Shown piece by piece: positions 14,501 through 29,700 of a stretch of DNA of 64,000 nucleotides. The stretch spans positions 248,001-312,000 of the forward strand of contig CAIIXF020000001.1 in the NCBI GenBank assembly GCA_903813345.2, written 5' to 3'. The notes beneath the pieces are model-generated. The model was not told the DNA's origin. It searched no databases and saw nothing but the letters and a program-made list of their open reading frames with translations. The stretch is from Owenia fusiformis. Its lineage: Eukaryota. The stretch's first letter is position 1, and each line of letters begins with the position of its first letter. Position numbers and translations under genes: made by a program.

Positions 14501-17500
14501 GTCATAATTCAAGCTCCCATCCTTATCAAAGTCTCACACAAGACCACCCTGATATGTCATAATTCAAGCTCCCATCCTTATCAAAGTCTCACACAAGACC
14601 ACCCTGATATGTCATAATTCAAGCTCCCATCCTTATCAAAGTCTCACACAAGACCACCCTGATATGTCATAATTCAAGCTCCCATCCTTATCAAGGTCTC
14701 ACACAAGACCACCCTGATATGTCATAATTCAAGCTCCCATCCTTATCAAAGTCTCACACAAGACCACCCTGATATGTCATAATTCAAGCTCCCATCCTTA
14801 TCAAAGTCTCATACAAGACCACCCTGATATGTCATAATTCAAGCTCCCATCCTTATCAAAGTCTCACACAAGACCACCCTGATATGTCATAATTCAAGCT
14901 CCCATCCTTATCAAAGTCTCATACAAGACCACCCTGATATGTCATAATTCAAGCTCCCATCCTCATCAAAGTCTCACACAAGACCACCCTGATATGTCAT
15001 AATTCAAGCTCCCATCCTTATCAAAGTCTCATACAAGACCACCCTGATATGTCATAATTCAAGCTCCCATCCTTATCAAAGTCTCACACAAGACCACCCT
15101 GATATGTCATAATTCAAGCTCCCATCCTTATCAAAGTCTCATACAAGACCACCCTGATATGTCATAATTCAAGCTCCCATCCTCATCAAAGTCTCACACA
15201 AGACCACCCTGATATGTCATAATTCAAGCTCCCATCCTTATCAAAGTCTCACACAAGACCACCCTGATATGTCATAATTCAAGCTCCCATCCTCATCAAA
15301 GTCTCACACAAGACCACCCTGATATGTCATAATTCAAGCTCCCATCCTTATCAAAGTCTCACACAAGACCACCCTGATATGTCATAATTCAATCTCCCAT
15401 CCTCATCAAAGTCTCACACAAGACCAACCTGATATGTCATAATTCAAGCTCCCATCCTTATCAAAGTCTCACACAAGACCACCCTGATATGTCATAATTC
15501 AAGCTCCCATCCTCATCAAAGTCTCACACAAGACCACCCTGATATGTCATAATTCAAGCTCCCATCCTTATCAAAGTCTCACACAAGACCACCCTGATAT
15601 GTCATAATTCAAGCTCCCATCCTTATCAAAGTCTCACACAAGACCACTCTGATATGTCATAATTCAAGCTCCCATCCTTATCAAAGTCTCACACAAGACC
15701 ACCCTGATATGTCATAATTCAAGCTCCCATCCTTATCAAGGTCTCACACAAGACCAATCTGATATGTCATAATTCAAGCTCCCATCCTTATCAAAGTCTC
15801 ACACAAGACCACTCTGATATGTCATAATTCAAGCTCCCATCCTTATCAAAGTCTCACACAAGACCACCCTGATATGTCATAATTCAAGCTCCCATCCTTA
15901 TCAAAGTCTCACACAAGACCACTCTGATATGTCATAATTCAAGCTCCCATCCTTATCAAAGTCTCATACAAGACCACTCTGATATGTCATAATTCAAGCT
16001 CCCATCCTTATCAAAGTCTCACACAAGACCACCCTGATATGTCATAATTCAAGCTCCCATCCTTATCAAAGTCTCACACAAGACCACTCTGATATGTCAT
16101 AATTCAAGCTCCCATCCTTATCAAAGTCTCATACAAGACCACCCTGATATGTCATAATTCAAGCTCCCATCCTTATCAAAGTCTCACACAAGACCACCCT
16201 GATATGTCATAATTCAAGCTCCCATCCTTATCAAAGTCTCACACAAGACCACCCTGATATGTCATAATTCAAGCTCCCATCCTTATCAAAGTCTCACACA
16301 AGACCACCCTGATATGTCATAATTCAAGCTCCCATCCTTATCAAAGTCTCACACAAGACCACCCTGATATGTCATAATTCAAGCTCCCATCCTTATCAAA
16401 GTCTCACACAAGACCACCCTGATATGTCATAATTCAAGCTCCCATCCTTATCAAAGTCTCACACAAGACCACCCTGATATGTCATAATTCAAGCTCCCAT
16501 CCTTATCAAAGTCTCATACAAGACCACCCTGATATGTCATAATTCAAGCTCCCATCCTTATCAAAGTCTCACACAAGACCACCCTGATATGTCATAATTC
16601 AAGCTCCCATCCTCATCAAAGTCTCACACAAGACCACCCTGATATGTCATAATTCAAGCTCCCATCCTTATCAAAGTCTCACACAAGACCACCCTGATAT
16701 GTCATAATTCAAGCTCCCATCCTCATCAAAGTCTCACACAAGACCACCCTGATATGTCATAATTCAAGCTCCAATCCTCATCAAAGTCTCACACAAGACC
16801 ACTCTGATATGTCATAATTCAAGCTCCCATCCTTATCAAAGTCTCATACAAGACCACCCTGATATGTCATAATTCAAGCTCCCACCCTTATCAAAGTCTC
16901 ACACAAGACCACCCTGATATGTCAGGTTAACATTTAGAGAGAAAACTCAACCAACTTACGATCACATCTTGGGTCAGAGCCCGAGAATTTTCCATTTGGC
17001 TGACATGTTCTTTTGGATTGGCCATCTGTGACGAGGGTGTATCCACGGTTGCACTTGTAATCTACGGTTTCTCCCACAGGGAAATCGTTAAAGGCTCCTA
17101 TCTTCTCACCATTAGCTGGGTCTCCTGGGTCACCACAGGATGTTGTGCCTTCATCTAGATAGGAAATTCAAAGTACAGTGAAAATTTCCAAGTGGAACAC
17201 TTCTTAGAGGTACAAAGAGATGCACTTATACAGGTTTTACTGTAATGAACAAAGCTTTAGAATGCACAAACATGCCCAAAGGTAGGATTGTGGTCTCATG
17301 GATCAAACAGAGGTCAGCAAAATGAAAACTGCTCTACCATTGCGCTATATGGGTGGAGAATACCTTATCTGATCTGTGGAGAACCCATTACAAATAAACT
17401 TACTATTGCAAAAGGGTAGAGTTCCACTCCAGGTGCCATCGTCCTGGCATGTACGGGTTGTCTGTCCATTCAGGCCCACTCCTGCTGCACAACGGAAAGT

Positions 17501-17691
17501 GGCCAAACTGCCAATATTGAGGCCATCAGAGAGGTCAACGGCACCTTTAGAAGGGAGGCCAGGGTCGCCACACTTCACCACTGGAAACACATGTAAAAAT
17601 ACAGTGAGGTATCAACGGGGGTCCACTTACACAGATTTCTTCTTCTTCTTACTATAAAGCACAGTGGTCTGTTTGTCTTTCTGTCTTTCTG

Positions 17692-17724
<33 letters not shown>

Positions 17725-20700
17725 GTCCAGACATCTCCTCCTAGAGCTTTTGGTCTTGGGCCTTCATACTTGGTCGATAAACTAAGTGAGAAAGTGGGCA
17801 TTCTACGAAGGTCAGAAGTCAAGGTCATTCCAAAGTCAATTTATAGGTATTGGCATTTTAAGACCCTGGGGCCTGCTGTTACCCTTGGGGATCATGATTA
17901 GTTGACCTGAAGTCAAAGTCAATGTTTATGTTCCGAGGTCATCTCAAGGTCTAATGTGAAAATCAGGTATTTATGTTTTAAAGCCTTTGGGCAAGTCCAC
18001 CTCAATTCAAGAATCAAACAAGGTCAAATGATCAATATACAGGTATTTAGCATTTTATGAGGGCTGCTGTGACCCTTGGTGATCCACTCAAACGGATAGA
18101 TTGCTAGTTATTGTACATGTAATATCATTTAAGATTCTATATTCATCTATTAATACATCATTAATTCATTGTTTTAATTTTTGGCTGCAGAGGTCTTAAT
18201 TTATACATGTACCAGCAATACATGTGTAGTTATATGTGCTTCTATACCAACACAACATTGGCACTTTTTTGGCAGCTTTTTGAAGTAATTTCTTTAAATT
18301 ATTATTACCATTAGATTCTTTGAAAACATAGGATAAGGGCTATGCTAAGGGCTGATGTGAAAAAGTCAGTCCACCTCGGTGGGAATTGAACCCACAACCT
18401 ACCGATTAGATCTCGAATGCTCTTCCAGTTGAGCTACGGAGCCGACTGCTTTAACACAACACTGCATAAATGGCTATCCTCGTATTTATCACTACATTAT
18501 GATTACTTACAAAGACAGTCAGGCAGCACACCATCCCAGTCCCCATACTCCATACACATAACGGGGTACTCTTTCATACCATTCCTAAAGTTGTATTTGA
18601 TGTTGCACTTGTATGTCAAGATATAGCCTTGTGGGTAGAATCCTGCAGTATTCTGAGGTTGTCCATTCTGAAGCCTTGGTAGCAGAGAAGATGAACAGCC
18701 AACCACTGAAAACAATGACACATTGTAAATATAATGAGCAGCCAACCACTGCAAGCAATGACACATTGTAAATATAATGAGCAGCCAACCACTGAAAACA
18801 ATGACACATTATAAATATAATGAGCAGCCAACCACTGAAAACAATGACACATTGTAAATATAATGAGCAGCCAACCACTGAAAATAATGACACATTGTAA
18901 ATATAATGAGCAGCCAACTACTGAAAACAATGACACATTGTAAATATAATGAGCAGCCAACTACTGAAAACAATGACACATTGTAAATATAATGAGGAGC
19001 CAACCACTGCAAACAATGACACATTGTAAATATAATGAGCAGCCAACTACTGAAAACAATGACACATTGTAAATATAATGAGCAGCCAACCACTGAAAAC
19101 AATGACACATTGTAAATATAATGAGCAGCCAACCACTGAAAACAATGACACATTGTAAATATAATGAGCAGCCAACCACTGAAAATAATGACACACTGTA
19201 AACATAATGAGCAGCCTAACACTGAAAGCAATGACACATTGTAAATATAATGAGTAGCCAACTACTGAAAACAATGACACATTGTAAATATAATGAGTAG
19301 CCAACCAGTAAGTGACATTATCATCAGAAAATTAATGTCACTGCTGTTTTTTTAATATAAGTTTCCATACGTTATATAAAAAATAATCAAAAAATATAAA
19401 AATCGGATAGAAGGGGAAGTTGATAGAGGGTGAGTAATATGTCTTTGAGATGGAACTTTATACAAATTTGTGAATTTGTGAAATGAACTCAGTTACTAAG
19501 TAAGAAACTTGATGTTACACCTCTGAAGAGTGAAAAACAGGGAAGTTTGGAGTTATACGTAATAAAGTCAAGTAACATATTGTATCATGTCTTATACTCA
19601 TTACTCTCCCCCTCCATCCAATTTGTATATAACGTATGGAAACTTATTTTTAAAAACAGCAATGACATTAAATTTGTGATGATAATGTCACTTACAAATT
19701 ATTTTTTTTTGCCTGATTTATTAACATTGAATTTTGCATGTTGGTGACAATGCACCTTTTTTAATAGATCTTATATCTTAGAAGTGTATCGGTCATTTAG
19801 CAATTCAATTGCAAACTTTCTCTTGAAAAAATAAATCATCCAGATTAGTTGAATATTCTTGCAGAAATTGCCTACTCCCCCTCCATCCATTTTGTTTGAT
19901 CATCGGGCGTGCATGTTTTATATATATATATATAACTGCCACGATGGACTTATAATAATCAGGATGAAATTGACTTATGGTATGACCTTGACCTATAACC
20001 TTTTGATCATCAAGGTTGTTAAACAGGGAGATAGATGCAAGTTAGAAATAACATAAATAACAGAACAGAGCTATTACCCTTGTATTTGATCCAGAATCCT
20101 TTATCTGTATCATCCAGGTTGAGCTCAGTGTCAAAGGTCAACCTTACTTCACTCTCTGTACTGGTCATTGGAGCAATAGTCTTTCTCCCACAGAGATTCA
20201 GTTTGTCTTTGAAACCTGAAAGCATAATATGTAATCATTTATGTAAAAGTCAATCTATTTAAATGTCAATAACTATACAGTAAAACCTGTGCATATGAAA
20301 CACTCTCCACACTACAGATTGTCCTTAGATTTCACTTTGGAATAGAACACTTTCAAAGTATTTAAATGTCAATAACAATACAGTAAAACCTGTGCATATG
20401 AAACACTCTCCACACTACAGATTGTCCTTAGATTTCACTTTGGAATAGAACACTTTCAAAGTATTTAAATGTCAATAACTATACAGTAAAACCTGTGCAT
20501 ATGAAACACTCTCCACATTACAGATTGTCCTTAGATTTCACTTTGGAATAGAACACATTCAAAGTATTTAAATGTCAATAACTATACAGCAAAACCTGTG
20601 CATATGAAACACTCTCCACACTACAGATTGTCCTTAGATTTCACTTTGGAATAGAACACTTTCAAAGTATTTAAATGTCAATAACTATACAGTAAAACCT

Positions 20701-23700
20701 GTGCATATGAAACACTCTCCACACTACAGATTGTCCTTAGATTTCACTTTGGAAAAGAACACTTTCAAAGTATTTAAATGTCAATAACTATACAGTAAAA
20801 CCTGTGCATATGAAACACTCTCCACATTACAGATTGTCCTTAGATTTCACTTTGGAATAGAACACATTCAATCTATTTAAATGTCAATAACTATACAGTA
20901 AAACCTGTGCATAGGGAACACTCTCCACATTACAGATTGTCCTTAGATTTCACTTTAGAATAGAACACTTTCAAAGTATTTAAATGTCAATAACTATACA
21001 GTAAAACCTGTGCATAGGGAACACTCTCCACATTACAGATTGTCCTTAGATTTCACTTTGGAATAGAACACATTCAATCTATTTAAATGTCAATAACTAT
21101 ACAGTAAAACCTGTGCATAGGGAACACTCTCCACATTACAGATTGTCCTTAGATTTCACTTTAGAATAGAACACTTTCAAAGTATTTAAATGTCAATAAC
21201 TATACAGTAAAACCTGTGCATAGGGAACACTCTCCACACTACAGATTGTCCTTAGATTTCACTTTGGAATAGAACACTTTCAAAGTATTTAAATGTCAAT
21301 AACTATACAGTAAAACCTGTGCATATGAAACACTCTCCACATTACAGATTGTCCTTAGATTTCACTTTGGAAAAGAACACTTTCAAAGTATTTAAATGTC
21401 AATAACAATACAGTAAAACCTGTGCATATGAAACACTCTCCACATTACAGATTGTCCTTAGATTTCACTTTAGAATAGAACACTTTCAAAGTATTTAAAT
21501 GTCAATAACTATACAGTAAAACCTGTGCATATGAAACACTCTCCACATTACAGATTGTCCTTAGATTTCACTTTAGAATAGAACACTTTCAAAGTATTTA
21601 AATGTCAATAACTATACAGTAAAACCTGTGCATAGGGAACACTCTCCACATTACAGATTGTCCTTAGATTTCACTTTGGAATAGAACACTTTCAAAGTAT
21701 TTAAATGTCAATAACAATACAGTAAAACCTGTGCATATGAAACACTCTCCACACTACAGATTGTCCTTAGATTTCACCGCGGAATAGAACACTTTCAAAG
21801 TATTTAAATGTCAATAACTATACAGTAAAACCTGTGCATATGAAACACTCTCCACACTACAGATTGTCCTTAGATTTCACTTTGGAATAGAACACTTTCA
21901 AAGTATTTAAATGTCAATAACAATACAGTAAAACCTGTGCATATGAAACACTCTCCACACTACAGATTGTCCTTAGATTTCACCGCGGAATAGAACACTT
22001 TCAAAGTATTTAAATGTCAATAACTATACAGTAAAACCTGTGCATATGAAACGCTCTCCACACTACAGATTGTCCTTAGATTTCACTTTGGAATAGAACA
22101 CTTTCAAAGTATTTAAATGTCAATAACTATACAGTAAAACCTGTGCATATGAAACACTCTCCACACTACAGATTGTCCTTAGATTTCACCGCGGAATAGA
22201 ACACTTTCAAAGTATTTAAATGTCAATAACTACACAGTAAAACCTGTGCATAGGGAACACTCTCCACACTACAGATTGTCCTTAGATTTCACTTTGGAAT
22301 AGAACACTTTCAAAGTATTTAAATGTCAATAACTATACAGTAAAACCTGTGCATAGGGAACACTCTCCACATTACAGATTGTCCTTAGATTTCACTTTGA
22401 AATAGAACACTTTCAAAGTATTTAAATGTCAATAACTATACAGTAAAACCTGTGCATAGGGAACACTCTCCACATTACAGATTGTCCTTAGATTTCACTT
22501 TGAAATAGAACACTTTCAAAGTATTTAAATGTCAATAACTATACAGTAAAACCTGTGCATAGGGAACACTCTCCACACTACAGATTGTCCTTAGATTTCA
22601 CTTTGGAATAGAACACTTTCAAAGTATTTAAATGTCAATAACTATACAGTAAAACCTGTGCATATGAAACACTCTCCACACTACAGATTGTCCTTAGATT
22701 TCACTTTGGAATAGAACACATTCAAAGTATTTAAATGTCAATAACTATACAGTAAAACCTGTGCATATGAAACACTCTCCACACTACAGATTGTCCTTAG
22801 ATTTCACTTTAGAATAGAACACTTTCAAAGTATTTAAATGTCAATAACTATACAGTAAAACCTGTGCATAGGGAACACTCCCCACACTACAGATTGTCCT
22901 TAGATTTCACTTTAGAATAGAACACTTTCAAAGTATTTAAATGTCAATAACTATACAGTAAAACCTGTGCATATGAAACGCTCTCCACACTACAGATTGT
23001 CCTTAGATTTCACTTTGGAATAGAACACTTTCAAAGTATTTAAATGTCAATAACTATACAGTAAAACCTGTGCATATGAAACACTCTCCACACTACAGAT
23101 TGTCCTTAGATTTCACTTTGGAAAAGAACACTTTCAAAGTATTTAAATGTCAATAACTATACAGTAAAACCTGTGCATATGAAACACTCTCCACACTACA
23201 GATTGTCCTTAGATTTCACTTTGGAAAAGAACACTTTCGAAGTATTTAAATGTCAATAACTATACAGTAAAACCTGTGCATAGGGAACACTCTCCACACT
23301 ACAGATTGTCCTTAGATTTCACTTTGGAATAGAACACCTTCAAAGTATTTAATTGTCAATAACTATACAGTAAAACCTGTGCATAGGGAACACTCTCCAC
23401 ACTACAGATTGTCCTTAGATTTCACTTTGGAATAGAACACTTTCAAAGTATTTAAATGTCAATAACTATACAGTAAAACCTGTGCATATGAAACACTCTC
23501 CACACTACAGATTGTCCTTAGATTTCACTTTGGAATAGAACACTTTCAAAGTATTTAAATGTCAATAACTATACAGTAAAACCTGTGCATATGAAACACT
23601 CTCCACACTACAGATTGTCCTTAGATTTCACTTTGGAATAGAACACATTCGAAGTATTTAAATGTCAATAACTATACAGTAAAACCTGTGCATAGGGAAC

Positions 23701-26700
23701 ACTCTCCACACTACAGATTGTCCTTAGATTTCACTTTGGAAAAGAACACTTTCGAAGTATTTAAATGTCAATAACTATACAGTAAAACCTGTGCATATGA
23801 AACACTCTCCACACTACAGATTGTCCTTAGATTTCACTTTGGAATAGAACACTTTCAAAGTATTTAAATGTCAATAACTATACAGTAAAACCTGTGCATA
23901 TGAAACACTCTCCACACTACAGATTGTCCTTAGATTTCACTTTGGAAAAGAACACTTTCAAAGTATTTAAATGTCAATAACTATACAGTAAAACCTGTGC
24001 ATAGGGAACACTCTCCACACTACAGATTGTCCTTAGATTTCACTTTAGAATAGAACACTTTCAAAGTATTTAAATGTCAATAACTATACAGTAAAACCTG
24101 TGCATAGGGAACACTCTCCACATACAGATTGTCCTTAGATTTCACTTTGGAGTAGAACACATTCAAAGTATTTAAATGTCAATAACTATACAGTAAAACC
24201 TGTGCATATGAAACACTCTCCACACTACAGATTGTCCTTAGATTTCACTTTGGAAAAGAACACTTTCAAAGTATTTAAATGTCAATAACTATACAGTAAA
24301 ACCTGTGCATATGAAACACTCTCCACACTACAGATTGTCCTTAGATTTCACTTTGGAATAGAACACTTTCAAAGTATTTAAATGTCAATAACTATACAGT
24401 AAAACCTGTGCATATGAAACACTCTCCACACTACAGATTGTCCTTAGATTTCACTTTGGAATAGAACACTTTCAAAGTATTTAAATGTCAATAACTATAC
24501 AGTAAAACCTGTGCATATGAAACACTCTCCACACTACAGATTGTCCTTAGATTTCACTTTGGAATAGAACACTTTCAAAGTATTTAAATGTCAATAACTA
24601 TACAGTAAAACCTGTGCATATGAAACACTCTCCACACTACAGATTGTCCTTAGATTTCACTTTGGAAAAGAACACTTTCGAAGTATTTAAATGTCAATAA
24701 CTATACAGTAAAACCTGTGCATAGGGAACACTCTCCACACTACAGATTGTCCTTAGATTTCACTTTGGAAAAGAACACTTTCGAAGTATTTAAATGTCAA
24801 TAACTATACAGTAAAACCTGTGCATATGAAACACTCTCCACACTACAGATTGTCCTTAGATTTCACTTTGGAATAGAACACTTTCAAAGTATTTAAATGT
24901 CAATAACTATACAGTAAAACCTGTGCATATGAAACACTCTCCACACTACAGATTGTCCTTAGATTTCACTTTGGAAAAGAACACTTTCAAAGTATTTAAA
25001 TGTCAATAACTATACAGTAAAACCTGTGCATAGGGAACACTCTCCACACTACAGATTGTCCTTAGATTTCACTTTAGAATAGAACACTTTCAAAGTATTT
25101 AAATGTCAATAACTATACAGTAAAACCTGTGCATAGGGAACACTCTCCACATACAGATTGTCCTTAGATTTCACTTTGGAGTAGAACACATTCAAAGTAT
25201 TTAAATGTCAATAACTATACAGTAAAACCTGTGCATATGAAACACTCTCCACACTACAGATTGTCCTTAGATTTCACTTTGGAAAAGAACACTTTCAAAG
25301 TATTTAAATGTCAATAACTATACAGTAAAACCTGTGCATATGAAACACTCTCCACACTACAGATTGTCCTTAGATTTCACTTTGGAATAGAACACTTTCA
25401 AAGTATTTAAATGTCAATAACTATACAGTAAAACCTGTGCATATGAAACACTCTCCACACTACAGATTGTCCTTAGATTTCACTTTGGAATAGAACACTT
25501 TCAAAGTATTTAAATGTCAATAACTATACAGTAAAACCTGTGCATATGAAACACTCTCCACACTACAGATTGTCCTTAGATTTCACTTTGGAATAGAACA
25601 CTTTCAAAGTATTTAAATGTCAATAACTATACAGTAAAACCTGTGCATATGAAACACTCTCCACACTACAGATTGTCCTTAGATTTCACTTTGGAATAGA
25701 ACACTTTCAAAGTATTTAAATGTCAATAACTATACAGTAAAACCTGTGCATAGGGAACACTCTCCACATACAGATTGTCCTTAGATTTCACTTTGGAATA
25801 GAACACTTTCAAAGTATTTAAATGTCAATAACAATACAGTAAAACCTGTGCATAGGGAACACTCTCCACACTACAGATTGTCCTTAGATTTCACTTTGGA
25901 ATAGAACACTTTCAAAGTATTTAAATGTCAATAACTATACAGTAAAACCTGTGCATATGAAACACTCTCCACACTACAGATTGTCCTTAGATTTCACTTT
26001 GGAATAGAACACTTTCAAAGTATTTAAATGTCAATAACTATACAGTAAAACCTGTGCATAGGGAACACTCTCCACATACAGATTGTCCTTAGATTTCACT
26101 TTGGAATAGAACACTTTCAAAGTATTTAAATGTCAATAACTATACAGTAAAACCTGTGCATATGAAACACTCTCCACACTACAGATTGTCCTTAGATTTC
26201 ACTTTGGAATAGAACACATTCAAAGTATTTAAATGTCAATAACTATACAGTAAAACCTGTGCACAGGGAACACTCTCCACACTACAGATTGTCCTTAGAT
26301 TTCACTTTGGAATAGAACACTTTCAAAGTATTTAAATGTCAATAACTATACAGTAAAACCTGTGCATAGGGAACACTCTCCACATACAGATTGTCCTTAG
26401 ATTTCACTTTGGAATAGAACACTTTCAAAGTATTTAAATGTCAATAACTATACAGTAAAACCTGTGCATATGAAACACTCTCCACACTACAGATTGTCCT
26501 TAGATTTCACTTTGGAAAAGAACACTTTCGAAGTATTTAAATGTCAATAACTATACAGTAAAACCTGTGCATAGGGAACACTCTCCACATACAGATTGTC
26601 CTTAGATTTCACTTTGGAATAGAACACTTTCAAAGTATTTAAATGTCAATAACTACACAGTAAAACCTGTGCATAGGGAACACTCTCCACACTACAGATT

Positions 26701-29700
26701 GTCCTTAGATTTCACTTGTGAATAGAACACTTTCAAAGTATTTAAATGTCAATAACAATACAGTAAAACCTGTGCATATGAAACACTCTCCACACTACAG
26801 ATTGTCCTTAGATTTCACTTTGGAATAGAACACTTTCAAAGTATTTAAATGTCAATAACAATACAGTAAAACCTGTGCATATGAAACACTCTCCACACTA
26901 CAGATTGTCCTTAGATTTCACTTTGGAATAGAACACTTTCAAAGTATTTAAATGTCAATAACTATACAGTAAAACCTGTGCATATGAAACACTCTCCACA
27001 CTACAGATTGTCCTTAGATTTCACTTTGGAATAGAACACTTTCAAAGTATTTAAATGTCAATAACTATACAGTAAAACCTGTGCATATGAAACACTCTCC
27101 ACACTACAGATTGTCCTTAGATTTCACTTTGGAATAGAACACATTCAAAGTATTTAAATGTCAATAACTATACAGTAAAACCTGTGCACAGGGAACACTC
27201 TCCACACTACAGATTGTCCTTAGATTTCACTTTGGAATAGAACACATTCAAAGTATTTAAATGTCAATAACTATACAGTAAAACCTGTGCACATGGAACA
27301 CTCTCCACACTACAGATTGTCCTTAGATTTCACTTTGGAATAGAACACATTCAAAGTATTTAAATGTCAATAACTATACAGTAAAACCTGTGCACAGGGA
27401 ACACTCTCCACACTACAGATTGTCCTTAGATTTCACTTTGGAATAGAACACTTTCAAAGTATTTAAATGTCAATAACTATACAGTAAAACCTGTGCACAG
27501 GGAACACTCTCCACACTACAGATTGTCCTTAGATTTCACTTTGGAATAGAACACTTTCAAAGTATTTAAATGTCAATAACTATACAGTAAAACCTGTGCA
27601 TAGGGAACACTCTCCACATACAGATTGTCCTTAGATTTCACTTTGGAATAGAACACTTTCAAAGTATTTAAATGTCAATAACTATACAGTAAAACCTGTG
27701 CATATGAAACACTCTCCACACTACAGATTGTCCTTAGATTTCAATTTTGAATAGAACACTTTCAAAGTATTTAATTGTCAATAACAATACAGTAAAACCT
27801 GTGCATAGGGAACACTCTCCACACTACAGATTGTCCTTAGATTTCACCGCGGAATAGAACACTTTCAAAGTATTTAAATGTCAATAACTATACAGTAAAA
27901 CCTGTGCATATGAAACACTCTCCACACTACAGATTGTCCTTAGATTTCAATTTTGAATAATACACATTCAAAGTATTTAAATGTCAATAACTATACAGTA
28001 AAACCTGTGCATATGAAACACTCTCCACACTACAGATTGTCCTTAGATTTCACTTTGGAAAAGAACACTTTCAAAGTATTTAAATGTCAATAACTATACA
28101 GTAAAACCTGTGCATATGAAACACTCTCCACACTACAGATTGTCCTTAGATTTCACTTTGGAATAGAACACTTTCAAAGTATTTAATTGTCAATAACTAT
28201 ACAGTAAAACCTGTGCATATGAAACACTCTCCACACTACAGATTGTCCTTAGATTTCACTTTAGAATAGAACACTTTCAAAGTATTTAAATGTCAATAAC
28301 TATACAGTAAAACCTGTGCATATGAAACACTCTCCACATACAGATTGTCCTTAGATTTCAATTTTGAATAGAACACTTTCAAAGTATTTAAATGTCAATA
28401 ACTATACAGTAAAACCTGTGCATAGGGAACACTCTCCACATACAGATTGTCCTTAGATTTCACTTTGGAATAGAACACTTTCAAAGTATTTAAATGTCAA
28501 TAACTACACAGTAAAACCTGTGCATAGGGAACACTCTCCACACTACAGATTGTCCTTAGATTTCAATTTTGAATAGAACACTTTCAAAGTATTTAAATGT
28601 CAATAACTATACAGTAAAACCTGTGCATAGGGAACACTCTCCACATACAGATTGTCCTTAGATTTCACTTTGGAATAGAACACTTTCAAAGTATTTAAAT
28701 GTCAATAACTATACAGTAAAACCTGTGCATAGGGAACACTCTCCACACTACAGATTGTCCTTAGATTTCACTTTGGAATAGAACACTTTCGAAGTATTTA
28801 AATGTCAATAATTATACAGTAAAACCTGTGCATATGAAACACTCTCCACACTACAGATTGTCCTTAGATTTCACTTTGAATAGAACACTTTCAAAGTATT
28901 TAAATGTCAATAACAATACAGTAAAACCTGTGCATATGAAACACTCTCCACACTACAGATTGTCCTTAGATTTCACTTTGGAATAGAACACTTTCAAAGT
29001 ATTTAAATGTCAATAACTATACAGTAAAACCTGTGCATAGGGAACACTCTCCACACTACAGATTGTCCTTAGATTTCACTTTGGAATAGAACACATTCAA
29101 AGTATTTAAATGTCAATAACTATACAGTAAAACCTGTGCACAGGGAACACTCTCCACACTACAGATTGTCCTTAGATTTCACTTGTGAATAGAACACTTT
29201 CAAAGTATTTAAATGTCAATAACTATACAGTAAAACCTGTGCATATGAAACACTCTCCACACTACAGATTGTCCTTAGATTTCACTTTGGAAAAGAACAC
29301 ATTCAAAGTATTTAAATGTCAATAACTATACAGTAAAACCTGTGCATAGGGAACACTCTCCACACTACAGATTGTCCTTAGATTTCAATTTTGAATAATA
29401 CACATTCAAAGTATTTAAATGTCAATAACAATACAGTAAAACCTGTGCATATGAAACACTCTCCACACTACAGATTGTCCTTAGATTTCACTTTGGAATA
29501 GAACACTTTCAAAGTATTTAAATGTCAATAACTATACAGTAAAACCTGTGCATATGAAACACTCTCCACACTACAGATTGTCCTTAGATTTCACTTTGGA
29601 ATAGAACACTTTCAAAGTATTTAAATGTCAATAACTATACAGTAAAACCTGTGCATATGAAACACTCTCCACACTACAGATTGTCCTTAGATTTCAATTT

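Noticed and set aside
18372-18443. Functional tRNA-Arg gene
   Set aside because: Acceptor and anticodon stems are mismatched and the loop is non-canonical; better explained as a SINE head or pseudogene.
18585-19304. Overlapping Cys/hydrophobic ORFs of 77-150 aa
   Set aside because: Translations of the 43-bp minisatellite cycling through frames.
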